Source of the DNA: Haliotis rubra
Lineage: Eukaryota
Assembly: GCF_003918875.1 (NCBI RefSeq)
Contig: NW_025767522.1
Coordinates: 310,001-374,000 of the forward strand
Direction of reading: 5' to 3'
DNA length: 64,000 nt
The position numbers were made by a program, and so were the translations under genes. This document shows, one piece after another, positions 1 to 11,645 of this stretch (position 1 is its first letter; the number at the start of each line of letters is the position of its first letter). The notes beneath the pieces are model-generated. The model saw only the letters and a list, made by a program, of their open reading frames with translations, was not told where the DNA came from and made no database searches.

Positions 1-570
1 ACCTGGCCTGAACACTAATTTGCAGTGATCTATTGATATAGTTTTCACACCTGTTTCCCCATATACACCATACAGAATTTGTTTCTGAGGATAGACAAGA
101 TTGGATAATTCATTCCAAGTGACGTTCTATATTTGATACCTCTCTTCAAGGAAAATGAATATTCTTTCATTAAGAAAGTAACACACATCTCTGACGTCGT
201 TGATATGGATGGCATGCATGGTTCTAAAACAAAGTTATAAAGGAATACATAGCGGTGGCGAACACAAAGGAATAAATACCGCCATGTCATAAATCATCAG
301 AATGTGTAGCCTATGTCAAAATGACTGCTTTATGATTCGGCTCCTGTGTGGCCAAACAGGAGTCGTGTAAGGTTAATATTTCACAAGGAACTAAGGTACC
401 TACTATCTGGCAGGTATGTGGGCTATCTTACTGTTGAGGGAGAACAAGAGGATGGGTCACAGTTTCAGTTTGATGACTTCCTCTCCTACTCTGTCGAGGA
501 CTATTGATTTATTGAGGACACAAGACATATATTGTAGGAGGGTATGGACTAACAAGATATATAGTCCATA

Positions 571-1864
571 CCGAACACCGCACAGTCCGTCTCACAGGGC
601 TGGTCCCCAATAAGGAACTTCTTGGTCCCTGGAACAACCAGCATGTGTGGACAGATGAATATATTGAAACAAAACAAATCACATGAAACAAAGTATCATC
701 GCTCCTGAAATATGACAAACCACACCACAAGTGCCAAATTTCAGAATGCAGTTTCATCCTATTCAACACATGTGGAGGAGGTCATGGAACGTCATGCAAT
801 ATTTTCCCACTTCAGTTATGATGCAATCCAGATCCCATCGTCTGTATTGCCATTGTCGGTTTCGATATAACAAGTGTCAAGTTTATATTTTGGTCCATCG
901 GAACCTACCCTCGCTGTTTAAACATATTTAACGTCTCTGTATATAATTCAGTTCACAACAGCTTAAAACTTCTGCATACCTATGAAGTCCGACAGGGATT
1001 GTAGATCCTTCTTAAACATTTCTGTTCCCTCCTCTTCTATGTGTCGGCCCAAGCCTTGACTCCATATTTGCCTTTTTACTTGTCGTTGAAACATCCAAAA
1101 CATAAACTTGCCTATTTTAAAAGCATTCAGCATCAAAGATTTGTCGTTGTCATATTGCCATCGGAAGAGGACAAGGAACCTGAAACCACAGTACCACAGT
1201 ACTACTCATTCACTATTCATTCATGCAAGCAACCTATGATGGAAATTGCCAGAAGTTTATCTTAAAGACGTAATGTGTCCCCCTAAAACATAACACCTGT
1301 TGAAAGTTACAACACATCTTACATCGTGTATTAACGTATTTTCGTTTGACGCCGTTACGTGAGTGAGTGAGTGAATTTGGTTTTACGCGGCGTTAGCAAT
1401 ATCACGGGAGACACCAAAATGGGCTTCACACATTGTACCCATGTAAGGAATCGAACCCGGGTCTTCGAACAAACGCTTTCAACACTAGGTTACCCGCCTA
1501 AGAGATCGAAGCACAGGATAGAATGAGCATGATGTTAATCACAGCATTGTCTAGTTCCGACATATACACACCGCTATCATATACAAGGATTATTCAAGCA
1601 ATCAATGTTTGCCGTAATGGCTACGATGGACAGACAAATTAAATGGCACCAACTGACTGTTTCTCACCAGTACAGATGTTCCTCCGCCATAACCTGCATC
1701 GCCAGAGCTACTCCTCTCTCAGCAGGACTCAGGTTCCTGTTGAGGTCCACTCCCAGGTTCTGGTTGAGGAACTCGATGCACAGTGTAGAGTCCGCTACTG
1801 CCTGTCCATTATACTCAATCCAAGTTAATTTGCCTTTTGATGAAGGTTGAAATCCATGGACGTT
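571..1864 (-). pseudogene. FAX/FAXC-like (metaxin/GST-like) gene copy B, fragmentary: exon 3 1864-1668, exon 4 1179-980, exon 5 628-571 (truncated); no exon 2 found upstream
   Basis: Exons translate to NVHGFQPSSKGKLTWIEYNGQAVADS..EEHLYW and FLVLFRWQYDNDK..SQGLGRH..LSDFI with AG/GT borders and the same 197/200-nt lengths as the paralogs. Exon 5 breaks mid-exon at 571 relative to copy F. Confidence 0.85.
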
Positions 1865-2113
1865 CTGTGTGGACGATCAAACTTTCATATAGAAAACTGA
1901 CACTTACATGGCTTAGGATTAAAGTGATTCATAAAGTATTGGGGTATTGGTGCTTGATCCAACTGAATATGTGTTTTGTGCAACAGCTAGGGGTATGAAT
2001 CGCTGCTCATGCAGTCAACAACTTGCTTTCTTGGACCAGATTCAGAGTGGGTGAGTGTGAGTGTGGGATTCACCCATGAGGGGAATAGAACTCGGGTCTT
2101 CAGCGTGTCGAGG

Positions 2114-2728
2114 CCTTCTTTGTCTTTTTCTCTCTATAAAATATTGTAATAGATCAAGGAACAGCTGATTATTCTCACTTGTCGCTGACATAAACTTAAA
2201 GTATTGTAACCCGGTCATTGTACGACATACACTGTGTAATTTAGTGTTCCATGATTTTAAACCGATATGCTACTCGTGACTGTTTTAAAATAGTACAATG
2301 GGCCGCTTCCGTGGTGTAGTGGTTAGAGCATCCGCCTGGAGGGCGGGAGCTCGCGGGTTCGATCTTCGGTCACGTCATACCAACATGCGTTAAAATATGG
2401 TACTTGTTGGTCCCTGCCTGGCGCTCGGCATTGATGGGTACAACAATGACTGGTCGGCTCGGAGTCTTTATAATGTGTCTGAGTGGTGTATTCATGCTTA
2501 ACTACGGCATGGCATGTCAGTGAGCGAGCTCTATAAAACCAGCTTAAATCTGGGCTAGTACAAGCAGCCGGAATGCAGTCTAATATTGTTTATAATACAC
2601 GAGGAGTCTCCTGAACAGAAAAAAATATACAGTCGAGCACCTTTAAGTTTATGTCAGCGACAAGTGAGAATAATCAGCTGTTCCTTGATCTATTACAATA
2701 TTTTATAGAGAGAAAAAGACAAAGAAGG
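2114..2728. repeat. Perfect 88-bp inverted repeat (2114-2201 / 2641-2728)
   Basis: ccttctttgtc...aaacttaaag at 2114-2201 is the reverse complement of 2641-2728. Confidence 0.9.
2301..2570 (+). mobile_element. tRNA-headed SINE with Meta-domain-like core, 3'-truncated (family S3)
   Basis: A/B-box-like head followed by the core aaaatatggtacttgttggtccctgcctggcgctcggcatt; a full copy lies at 29867-30214. Confidence 0.75.
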
Positions 2729-3256
2729 ACTGTGAGACAGACTATGTTTGACCCTACACAACGAAAATAAGGGCGAAAACGACTGTCTATCTACCCGATC
2801 CAACTGACAGTCCAAGGCCCTTACCACTTATGCCCCTTTTCAACATGATCTTGAAATACCGATAATCATGGTGGATGTTATTTAGGTCGGCCAGTTTAAC
2901 ACAGCGTAGGTTCACTGACATACCCAGAAAACGATGGAGAGTATCGTGGATAGTTTCACTGACCTGGACACATCACAGAAAGTACTGTATGTTGTCGGAG
3001 GTATTGTCGTATCAACCGTATCGCTCGTCGGCCTGAGGAAACTATGTTTCAAGTAAGTATCTCTTGTGAATAGCTAGTCAAGAGATACTCACTCGATATT
3101 TCCCTAAACAAACGGGTGACCCAGTTGTCGACGTCGCTCTGCAGAGCGTCGTGCAAAATGTCCACTGAAGTATGGGTTGGAATACAAGCTCGCCCCTCTA
3201 TGTCAACACAATACGCGTGCTCGTTGTGTAGGGTCAAACATAGTCCGTCTCACAGT
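2729..3256. repeat. 36-bp inverted repeat (2729-2764 / 3221-3256) bracketing FAX exon 1a
   Basis: actgtgagacagactatgtttgaccctacacaacga is the reverse complement of 3221-3256 with one mismatch; it is retained in the duplicate near 52961 and 53453. Confidence 0.85.
2873..2905 (+). promoter_or_regulatory. Conserved motif upstream of FAX first exons (candidate core promoter / 5'UTR element)
   Basis: ggatgttatttaggtcggccagtttaacacagc; related motifs precede exon 1b (4001-4030), exon 1 of D (29341-29377, minus) and the orphan exon 1 (20777-20808, minus). Confidence 0.4.
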
Positions 3257-6200
3257 TTCTGATTCGCATTATTTTATTTTCCGCTTCGCCCTTTCTGCAG
3301 CGGAAAGCACTGTATGAAGCAAGTCTAGATTTCCTCAGGTTCTGAATCTCCCTTCTTACTGGGGCTCCTATACAATTTCAAAGGAAGTAAATATTCAAAG
3401 ATTAAGAGTCAGCATGGGTCAGGTGTGGTCAAATGTACGTCGTTACAGGACCATTACATCTTTAGTTTTTATAACTGTCGTGCAACATTTTATTTGTTTG
3501 CCATATGTGCTTGAGTGTGATATTTCTGCTATAGCATAAACTCTTTACCTCCCCCCCCCCAGGTGAATGCATCAGTTCTGCTGACTGCACGGGGTGGTGG
3601 GGTAGCTTAGTGGTTAAAGCGTTCGCTCGTCACGCCGAAGACCGGGTTCGATTCCCCACATGGGTGCAGTGTGTGAAGCCCATATCTGGTGCCCCCCGCT
3701 GTGATATTGCTGGAATATTGCTAAATGCGGCGTAAAACAAAACTCACTCACTGACTGTACGGATTTGATGATGTATATAATTGAAAATAGTTGCTGTTAT
3801 TTATAATTTTTATACTACCATTAGAACACGATTTGAAGATATAAACAAATTCATGTTTCCAATGTATCCGTTATTCCTTTTCTTGAAACTTGATAAAACT
3901 TGAACACTGTTCACTGTGTAAACGAAATACTTTGATGAACATATATGCACCTTCTCGAAGCGACGTACGTTGACAGTGGCTTACCAGAGAGTGAATGTTT
4001 GGAGTTATTCAGGTCGATGTGTTCACCCACGTACGGCCGGTATCCAGATCAGGTACATACTTGTCGACGATTCACGAACCATGGAAGGGACATTTGGACA
4101 CTTTCGTAGACGGGTCACAGAAAATTGCATATGCAGTCGGAGGTGTTGTAGTAGCTGTTGCATCGGTCGTCGTCCTCAGGAAGCTCTTGTTAAAGTATGT
4201 AGTAAGATCTAGTTATCAAGTCAGCTGCGGAAACCACCGGTGAACGATTGTTTTGATACCCAGAGAAAACTCGCCGGGTATATCACAGTACAGTTTTTGT
4301 ATCAAACGGAAAGGGCTGCATGCCTTAGTCTATGTATGTATGAAGTTGTACCTATATGTAACAGTAAACAAAAGTACTGTGTTATTTAAAATAATAAAAT
4401 CTTTCGGTACAGCCCTGACCTCGATCGCCTTTTCGATATACATAACTTTCAGTGACTGAGAACGAAAGGTCAAAGGTCAAAAGTTAGAACAAGCACCCAA
4501 ACCGAAATCCAGGTCGTGAACAGAAAGAGACATATTTTCAGAGTTTAACAGTCATTATTCAAATATGTTAGACCCTTTTAAAGGTTCTGGATTATCGCAC
4601 TGGGTTACCAGGTTTTCTGGTTACTATAACAACAGGCGGTTTGCGGGTGTGCTAAACACGCTTACATTGACCTTGAATATCAATACGTGCAGATTCCTAT
4701 GTACATGATGACAGTGTACGGTTCTCGGTGTGAGGGGCGGTGGCGTAGATAGTGTTTAAAGCGTTCGATCGTCATGCGGAAGATCCGGGTTCGATTCCCT
4801 GGATGAGTAGAATGTGCAAAGCCAATTTCTGGTGTCCCCCACCGTGATATTGCTGGAATATTGCTAAAATCTGCGTAAAACCCAACTCACTCACTCTCGG
4901 TGTGAATCTGATAACATTGAGTATATAGTAGTCTGTAAATATTAGTTGGTTTTGGGCAGGTAGATATATATACCAGAAGAACTATTCGCCAGGTCAGCAC
5001 ACACTGATAGTTGTGGTGGCCGTGGTTCCCTAGAGCACCAAGCCTTACCCTCCGTAGGCTAATTGGAAATGATTAAGGAAGAAAAGTTTTCAGTCTCTGT
5101 CTCTCTGGATTAATACTACTACGTTGCCACTTCACATTTGTTTGTTTGTTTACGATGTCCTCATATAAGCCTCATATGGTAATAACATGTATTTCGTAAG
5201 AGCTGTGAATAATGTGAATTACCCCACCTAGGCTAGGGGTGAGTCCCCGCTCTTTGTTCCGGGACCAATATAGTCACTCGAGTGAATTGAAATTTGTACA
5301 CACTCCGATCGCGGCACCAGAGGTACATGTCTAAATAATTATTATGTACAACTTATGTATGTTATATACACATATGATGCACGAAATGGTTATGTTTACA
5401 TATCTTTTGGTTGCAAGAATAAACTATGTCTACATGTACATGCATTAAACCAGTTTAAGACACAGATTAATGATACCACAGCACAGGACAGCATGACTGT
5501 CTATAAATGTACAAAACATCAGTGATAAGGATTAACAATGGGGATTACATCTTATAATTTATAAAATTAAGGGTTCGAGACAAACATATGTCAAAGTTAA
5601 ATGGTAATTATCCTTTAGAGCTACATGTTCGACCCGTGAAGGTCCGGGTTAGAATTGACCTTCATTAGTGAGTGAGTGTGTTTAGTTTTACGCCGCACTC
5701 AGCAATATTTCAGCTATATGGCGGCGGTTTGTAAATAATCTGGGCCCCGTTTCACAAAGCGATCGTAGCGCTTAGATCGCGACCCCCACGCTTTAACATA
5801 GACTTACGACTGTCGTAGCGTTACGATCGATTTGAGAAACGGGGCCCTGGCTTTCAGTAACCCGTGCTTGTCGTAAGGCGACCAACGGGATCGGGTGGTT
5901 AGGCTCGCTGGCTTTGTTGCCACATGTCATCGGTTTCCATTTGCGATGCTCATACTGTTGATCACTGGATTGTCTGGTCCAAACTCGATTATTTACAGAC
6001 CACCGCCATATAGCTGGAATACAGCTGAGTGCGGCGTCAAACTAAATTCGCTGACTCACTCACTAAATGTTCAATCCGACTGTATAGGTGCTGAACCACG
6101 TGATTGCAGTACGTAACATGGCATTTTCAAGTGAAATATTCTTGACTTTAGCCATTCATATTGATATATTGACAATAGCCCATTGCTGCTCTTTCATAGT

Positions 6201-9200
6201 TGTGCATATGTTGTGTAAGGTAGGCAGGCGCAAAAATGGTTCTGATTATTTTCAAAGTCCACTGGACATTTGTAATTCCGAATAATTAGAAAATAAGTAG
6301 CTGTTTCAATATAGGTTTCAAACCGTGATATAACTGAAAAGTAAGGTTCAAAACGGCATTAAATGAGTGAGTGAATATGGTTTTTCATCCCTTTTAGCAA
6401 TTTTCCAGCGATTTTACTTCGGGTGACACCAGAAATGGTCTTCAGACATTGTACCCATGTGTCGAATCGACCCTGGGTCTTCGGCCTGACGAGCGAACTC
6501 TTCAACTACCCCACCACCCTTCTTAACGGCATTAAGGGGCGGTGCGGTAGCCTAGTGGTTAAAGTGTTGGCTCGTCACGCCGAGGACCCGGGTTCCAATC
6601 CCCACATGGGCACATTGTGTGCAGCCCATTTCTGGTGTCCCCCGCCATGATATTGCTGGAATATTGCTAAAAGCGGCGTAAAAACCATACTCACTCACTC
6701 ACTCTTAACGGCATTAAGACGGACCAACTTGTTTATACGCACTTATAACAACCCCTTTTCACTTGGTTGTGTACCACCTATGATAACTACCTAACAACAG
6801 ACATCACTTTAGTATCGACATGCAACAAATATTATTTGTACGTCGAACATATGCTCTTTTGTAAAACAGCACGGTGCTTGATAACTTAAGCTAATAAATT
6901 CAATATATTTCTATTGGATAGACAATTTGGTTGTTATATTGAGAACACTATGCCAATATTCCACAGGCAGAAGGCGAAGGAGTATCCCCGAGATACGGTG
7001 ATCCTTCATCAGATCGGTAGAGGTCCTTACGCCCCCAGCATGACGCCGTTTGCTGTGAAGCTGGAAACCTATCTCCGGATGGCCAGGATACCCTACCAGG
7101 TGGTGAATGATGTGTTGAGTGAGTGAGTGAGGTAAACCACTGGGAAGGACAGAACAAACCATCCAAGCAACAGACCATTATACACAGTCAGCCAGGTACA
7201 CATTGTTACCACCCGATACGCATAACTCGACTCCGACTACTCTGACTACAATGCCAGAGTTTCAATGAGTTACTGAGTGAGTATGGGTTGACGCCGGTTT
7301 TAGCAACATTCTAGCAATATCACGGCGGGGTACACCAGAAATGGGCTTCTCACATTGTACCAATGCGGGGAATCGAACCCGGGTCTTCGGCGTGACGAGC
7401 GAACGCCTTAACATTAGGCTACCCCACCGCCCCCCGAAAGTTTGGTAATTTGAACGTGGCTGTGGCACGTTGGTGGTCAGATCATCGCAGATCGTACAGA
7501 AACGTGAAGATCCGGATTAGAATAATATTATTGTTCTTCAGCAACCCATGCTTGTCGTAAGAGCAGACCAATGAGATCAGGCTTGCTGACATGGTTGACA
7601 CATCGATAAGAGATCGATGATCATGGTCCAGACTCTTTTATTTACAGACAGCTGGAATATTGCTGAGTGCTGCAACAACAAGCAAACAAAATCAGATCGT
7701 ACAGATATTTGGCTGCTGTGTTAGGCACCAACAGGGTCCAAAAGCATGTCTGAAATGCTCTATAATTTGTGTCCAGTAGCGAGATGAACCCTCCATGTCA
7801 ATGTTACCCTGCTGGTATTGCTAATGGGACTGGGGAATGATACAGAATGAAAAGTATCAATCTCTGTCTCTCAGGATTAGTATTTTGCCATCTTCACGTT
7901 TGTTTGTTTGTTTATTTAAGATGTCCTCATGTAAGCCACATATGGTAATAAAATGTAATTTGAAAGAGCCTTGAATTAATAGTACAAGTAACTTTTGCTC
8001 TGTGATCTTCCACTCAGAACCTCCAAGGGCTGAAAATGTCATCTAAGGGCAAGGTCCCCTGGATTGAGTATAATGGGAAGGCTGTGGCGGATTCGACATT
8101 ATGTATTGACTTCCTGAACGAAAAGCTGGAAGTGGACCTCCACCAGCACCTGAGTCCCCGGGACAAGGGTGCAGCTATGGCAATGCAGGTCATGACGGAG
8201 GAACATCTGTACTGGTGAGCCTAGAAAATGTTTGTTAGGATCGGTACAATGAAACCATTAAGATACATTCTACTATGAATTTGGAAAAAAAAACACGTAC
8301 ATGTGCCCGATCGATTTGAGGTTTCAAATAGCAATAACCGTTTCTGTGTGAAAGGTCGTGTTCTCGATGAAGTTAAAATATCATATAAAAGTCCCCCCCT
8401 GCTGATTAACATCGTTGACTGAAGGTATTTTGAATATATTTTGTGTAAATATTGGGAAAGTCTCATTTATTATCACTTAAAACATACTTTTCCAAATCAT
8501 TTCAAATATACTGAGGGAAACAAATAAAGGAACACAGGACAGTTCAAGCGTTCCTTTAATATATTCCAGTTTTCATCACCAGCTTGTGATGAATGGCGCT
8601 GTGGGAGGAAATCTGAGGAACACTGCAATGAAGTGGTGTTCCCTTATTTATTTCCTTCAGTATATGTCACTTAAGCTGTTGATGACTGACGATGTCCCTT
8701 GCTTCACGCTAATTACAGTCTGGACCTTGACTGGAAGCGGACGCACGACGTCGGAACTTCCCTTTAATACATGTAGTAATACTCTTTAACCAGGCCATGT
8801 AAAAGAACGTTATATCCTATGGTTAATACACGAATAAATATTAATGATAATGAACAGTTAGATTTGTGTTTCAGGTTCCTTGCTCTATTCCGCTACCAAT
8901 ATGACAACGACAAAACCTTTATTAAGCAAACGTTGAAGATAGGATGGTTTGTTGTACGGATTGCCAAGTATATGGTTGCAAATTCAACATGGTATCAAGG
9001 TTTGGGTCGCCACACAGAAGAGGAAGTGACACAGATGTTTAAGAAGGAGCTACAGGCTCTTTCTGACTTCATGGGTAAATCAAGCCCACAGGGCGTGTCA
9101 CGCTTAGAAACAGCGTTAGAAAGACATATAGGTATATAGACCCTACCCTAGTACTATATAAAAGGAAAGGGATGTAACGACGGAACCACCCCCTCCTCAG

Positions 9201-10453
9201 TCTAAGTTAGATTTCACCACGTAAACTATTTTTAAGGCCCCGTCGAGGCCTACGGCCAATTCCAAGCCAAAATCATGGATCACCCAAGACAGCGAAAACT
9301 CACTTTTTAAATTCGTTTATTAATTCCAGCCACGTTGACAGCACCTATGTAGGGCTAGATTCGATCGGCAGCGCCATTCCACGGGTCTAAAATTTTTTTG
9401 CAACATCTACAAATCATTGATTGAGGAGGGGGTGGTTCCGTCGTTACATCCCTTTTCTTTTATATAGTACTAGGGTAGGGTCTGTATACTTATATGTCTT
9501 TCTGACGCTCTTTCTAAGCGTGACACGCCCCTGTGATCAAGCCGACATATTTGTTTTCTGAGACACTATCTTGTATGTACCTGAAGTTTTACATACCAGA
9601 TCAATTATTTCATCAAAAGAGACATTATGGGTACAGAAGAATCCGTGACTATATTTACAACTTCAGACATCAACATGTATATTTATGATATCGTAATGAT
9701 ACCTGGGTGGCAACTATTCACGGAAAGCGTGCTTGATAATTGTCTTGACATACACAAGATACACCAGCTGAGTCATTCTCAAGGAGTTCAAGTCAAAGTC
9801 ACTCCGCCTCAGTAACGTCTCACCCACAAAGAAGCCTGCTGAAAATACGAAAGGATGCACGTACAATTGACGACCATATAGCTTGAGATCAGGGTTTGCA
9901 GCAAGCCATGTTTGTCGTAAGAGGCGACTGGAATATTGCTGAGTGCGGCGTTAAGCTACAAGCCATCCAAAACCTAAAACCACATTAGATACATAATTTT
10001 TATATTTATTCATTTTCGCATCAAAGTGCCAGGACTGCATCGAGGTCAACAAATAAAACCTACATTCGCTTTTGATGGTGAAGGGCAGTTTGGTACATGT
10101 TCACTGTTACGTAATAGATTACAGGTATTTATTTTGTACACTTCATTTTGATTTCGTCCTCTGAAACTGATTTGTGAAGTGGAAACTTAGTACATGTTAA
10201 GATGTAATCCTGATGCATCATTTTATCTTTAGAAACAGTAACAAATTACAAAGATACTCATACTGTTCTTTCTGTATATTTATATGATATTTAAACAGTC
10301 AGTCATATATTTAACATTTATTATCTCGTATTGGTCCGTGTCCTAGACAAATACCCAAACCTGGCCGCCTACTGTAACCGTATGAAGGAAACATTCTGGC
10401 CTGACTGGGACCAGTGCATCACTCATGGTGGAACAAGGGAGGCAACCAAGTAA
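2934..10453 (+). CDS. FAX/FAXC-like gene copy A, exon 5 deleted in frame: exons 2934-3052, 6967-7099, 8018-8214, 8875-9074, 10347-10453 (about 251 aa; may be a pseudogene)
   Basis: N-terminal hydrophobic anchor, then YPRDTVILHQIGRGPYAPSMTPFAVKLETYLRMARIPYQ, KGKVPWIEYNG..DS, GLGRH and YPNLAAYCNRMKETFWPDWD, all FAX-family motifs. AG/GT borders and phases are consistent. Exon 5 seen in copy E is absent near 9979. Confidence 0.7.
3590..3752 (+). mobile_element. Short tRNA-derived SINE (family S1) with TSD; representative of about 20 copies (e.g. 4733-4895, 6363-6517, 6536-6702, 7275-7435, 16763-16919, 20462-20628, 21014-21165, 29018-29156, 54518-54680, 56283-56449, 57013-57174, 63922-64000)
   Basis: A box tagcttagtgg, B box ggttcgattcc, tail gctggaatattgctaaa..gcggcgtaaaac..(actc)n. 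Flanked by ctgactgcac/ctgactgtac; other copies have 11-15 bp TSDs. Confidence 0.9.
4081..4194 (+). pseudogene. Second FAX first exon (1b), +1 frameshift after the ATG; duplicate at 53854-53967
   Basis: Encodes HLDTFVDGSQKIAYAVGGVVVAVASVVVLRKLLLK, homologous to exon 1a, and ends at an AA|gtatgt donor. The ATG at 4081 is out of frame. Confidence 0.7.
5631..6063 (+). mobile_element. Non-tRNA SINE (family S2, pseudoknot head), interrupted by an inverted SINE tail and a MITE
   Basis: gacccgtgaaggtccgggttagaattgaccttca...cttgtcgtaaggcgaccaacggga...gctggaatacagctgagtgcggcgtcaaactaaattc; the same structure is at 55393-55829. Confidence 0.8.
5743..5846. mobile_element. Palindromic MITE, PIF/Harbinger-like (CTG target duplication); duplicate near 55505-55607
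   Basis: TIR GGCCCCGTTTCACAAA / TTTGAGAAACGGGGCC with CTG on both flanks. Confidence 0.75.
9087..9535. mobile_element. Non-autonomous DNA transposon with ~115-bp TIRs and 8-bp TSD (P-element-like CACAG termini)
   Basis: CACAGGG...CCCTGTG ends, with ATCAAGCC duplicated at 9079-9086 and 9536-9543; inserted 12 nt into FAX intron 4. Confidence 0.85.
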
Positions 10454-10689
10454 AGGGAGACAACACGGTGTGGACATTTGTACCACATTAAGTTTATGCC
10501 TGTTTCTTTAGTCAGGTGTGATACTGAAAGCTTTTAGTTTTATGTTGGGAGTCCAAAGATACCTGGCATATAGATATAGTTCACCCGGATTATTGACTGA
10601 CCATAATGGATAATGTCTCACATCAGCTTTAGCTCCTTCGCCTTTTCACATGGTAAACTATTTTCTCATATATTTCTTGTTTATCTAAC

Positions 10690-10932
10690 TGGTGAAGGTC
10701 CGGGTTAGAATGAACCTTCATTAACCCATGCTTGTCGTAAGAGGTGATTAACGGGATCGGGTGGTCAGGCTCGCTGACTTGGTTGACACATGCCATCGGT
10801 TCCCAATTTGGCAGATCGACGCTCATGCTATTGATCACTGGATTGTCTGGTTCAGACTCGATTATTTACAGACCGCCGCCACAAGGCTGGAATATTGGTG
10901 AGTACGGCGTAAAACTAAACTCACTCACTCAC
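10690..10932 (+). mobile_element. Near full-length S2 SINE; other copies near 7503-7688, 12985-13165, 15163-15253, 21486-21689, 24415-24627(-), 26010-26205(-), 57245-57428, 60930-61172
   Basis: Shared consensus from tgaaggtccgggttagaat to (actc)n; no tRNA A/B boxes. Confidence 0.85.
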
Positions 10933-11521
10933 TCTTGTATTCCTCTGTCACAGACAAGGCATTATTTTTCAAGATTATAGCTTTTCGACTACTTCACCCT
11001 TGAAAAGTATTGACTTTCCTTCTTGAGGGTCATTTAGACTACTTCACAGTGTGCCACAACTGTATATATGGTTGTCTCCCAAAACCACTACAACCCATAA
11101 ACCCTACACCCAGTAACCCTACAATTAATTAAAACAACACGCGGCATTTACCTGTCTGGTATAATGAACTTACCCAAAGGAGAGATTACAGGGTACAGAT
11201 AAATAATTTGAGATGATTTTGGGTGGTATATACCAGGGACGTTCAAAAGGTAGTCAGCCTAACTATATTCTCGATGTCCAATGTTTGAAATGCTTCCATT
11301 TCATTTTGGAGAAATTATTAGCAAAGCCATATCCAAAATTTCACATATGTGGATGCGGTTACAACCCATTAAGGTATAATATTTCTTTAAAAAATTGAGG
11401 AAAATGAAAAACAATCATTTGGTAGGTCTTGGATAATGGTGTGCCCTCAGATAATATCATAGAAAATATGTTCAGTATAATTTTGGATGACTACCCGTCA
11501 TAAACACCATTCAAAGATTTG

Positions 11522-11645
11522 TTTCTTTGAGTGGCACTTTAGCAGTTGGGAAGTACAATATAGAACAAACTTTATGGATAACAACTTCGTTTTATTCCTG
11601 AGTACGACGTTTCGATACAGATTCTTGTACCGTTCTTGTACCGTA
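11522..11645 (-). mobile_element. Penelope pLTR fragment with partial hammerhead-like motif
   Basis: Reverse complement matches about 16090-16195 (ggtacaagaatc..tatcgaaacgtcg..gttgttatccataaa..ctgctaaagtg). Confidence 0.75.

Larger units (their letters stand above)
1..11520 (+). repeat. Segmental duplication unit 1 (direct copy of 47697-61761)
   Basis: Colinear near-identical sequence from acctggcctgaacac (1 / 47697) to ttcaaagattt (11520 / 61761), with the same exons, SINEs and MITEs, differing by indels and a LINE insertion. Confidence 0.95.

Noticed and set aside
3590-3665. tRNA genes
   Set aside because: The tRNA-like segments are SINE heads: many diverged copies, each continuing into a shared body and tail with TSDs.
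3995-4080. Upstream ATG rescuing exon 1b
   Set aside because: It lies upstream of the conserved promoter-like motif, is deleted in unit 2, and an in-frame TAG is present there.
10744-10980. Recurring short ORFs such as GWSGSLTWLTH..LLITGLSG and MGTMCEAHFWCPPP as a peptide family
   Set aside because: They are translations of SINE consensus sequence with variable frames and stops.
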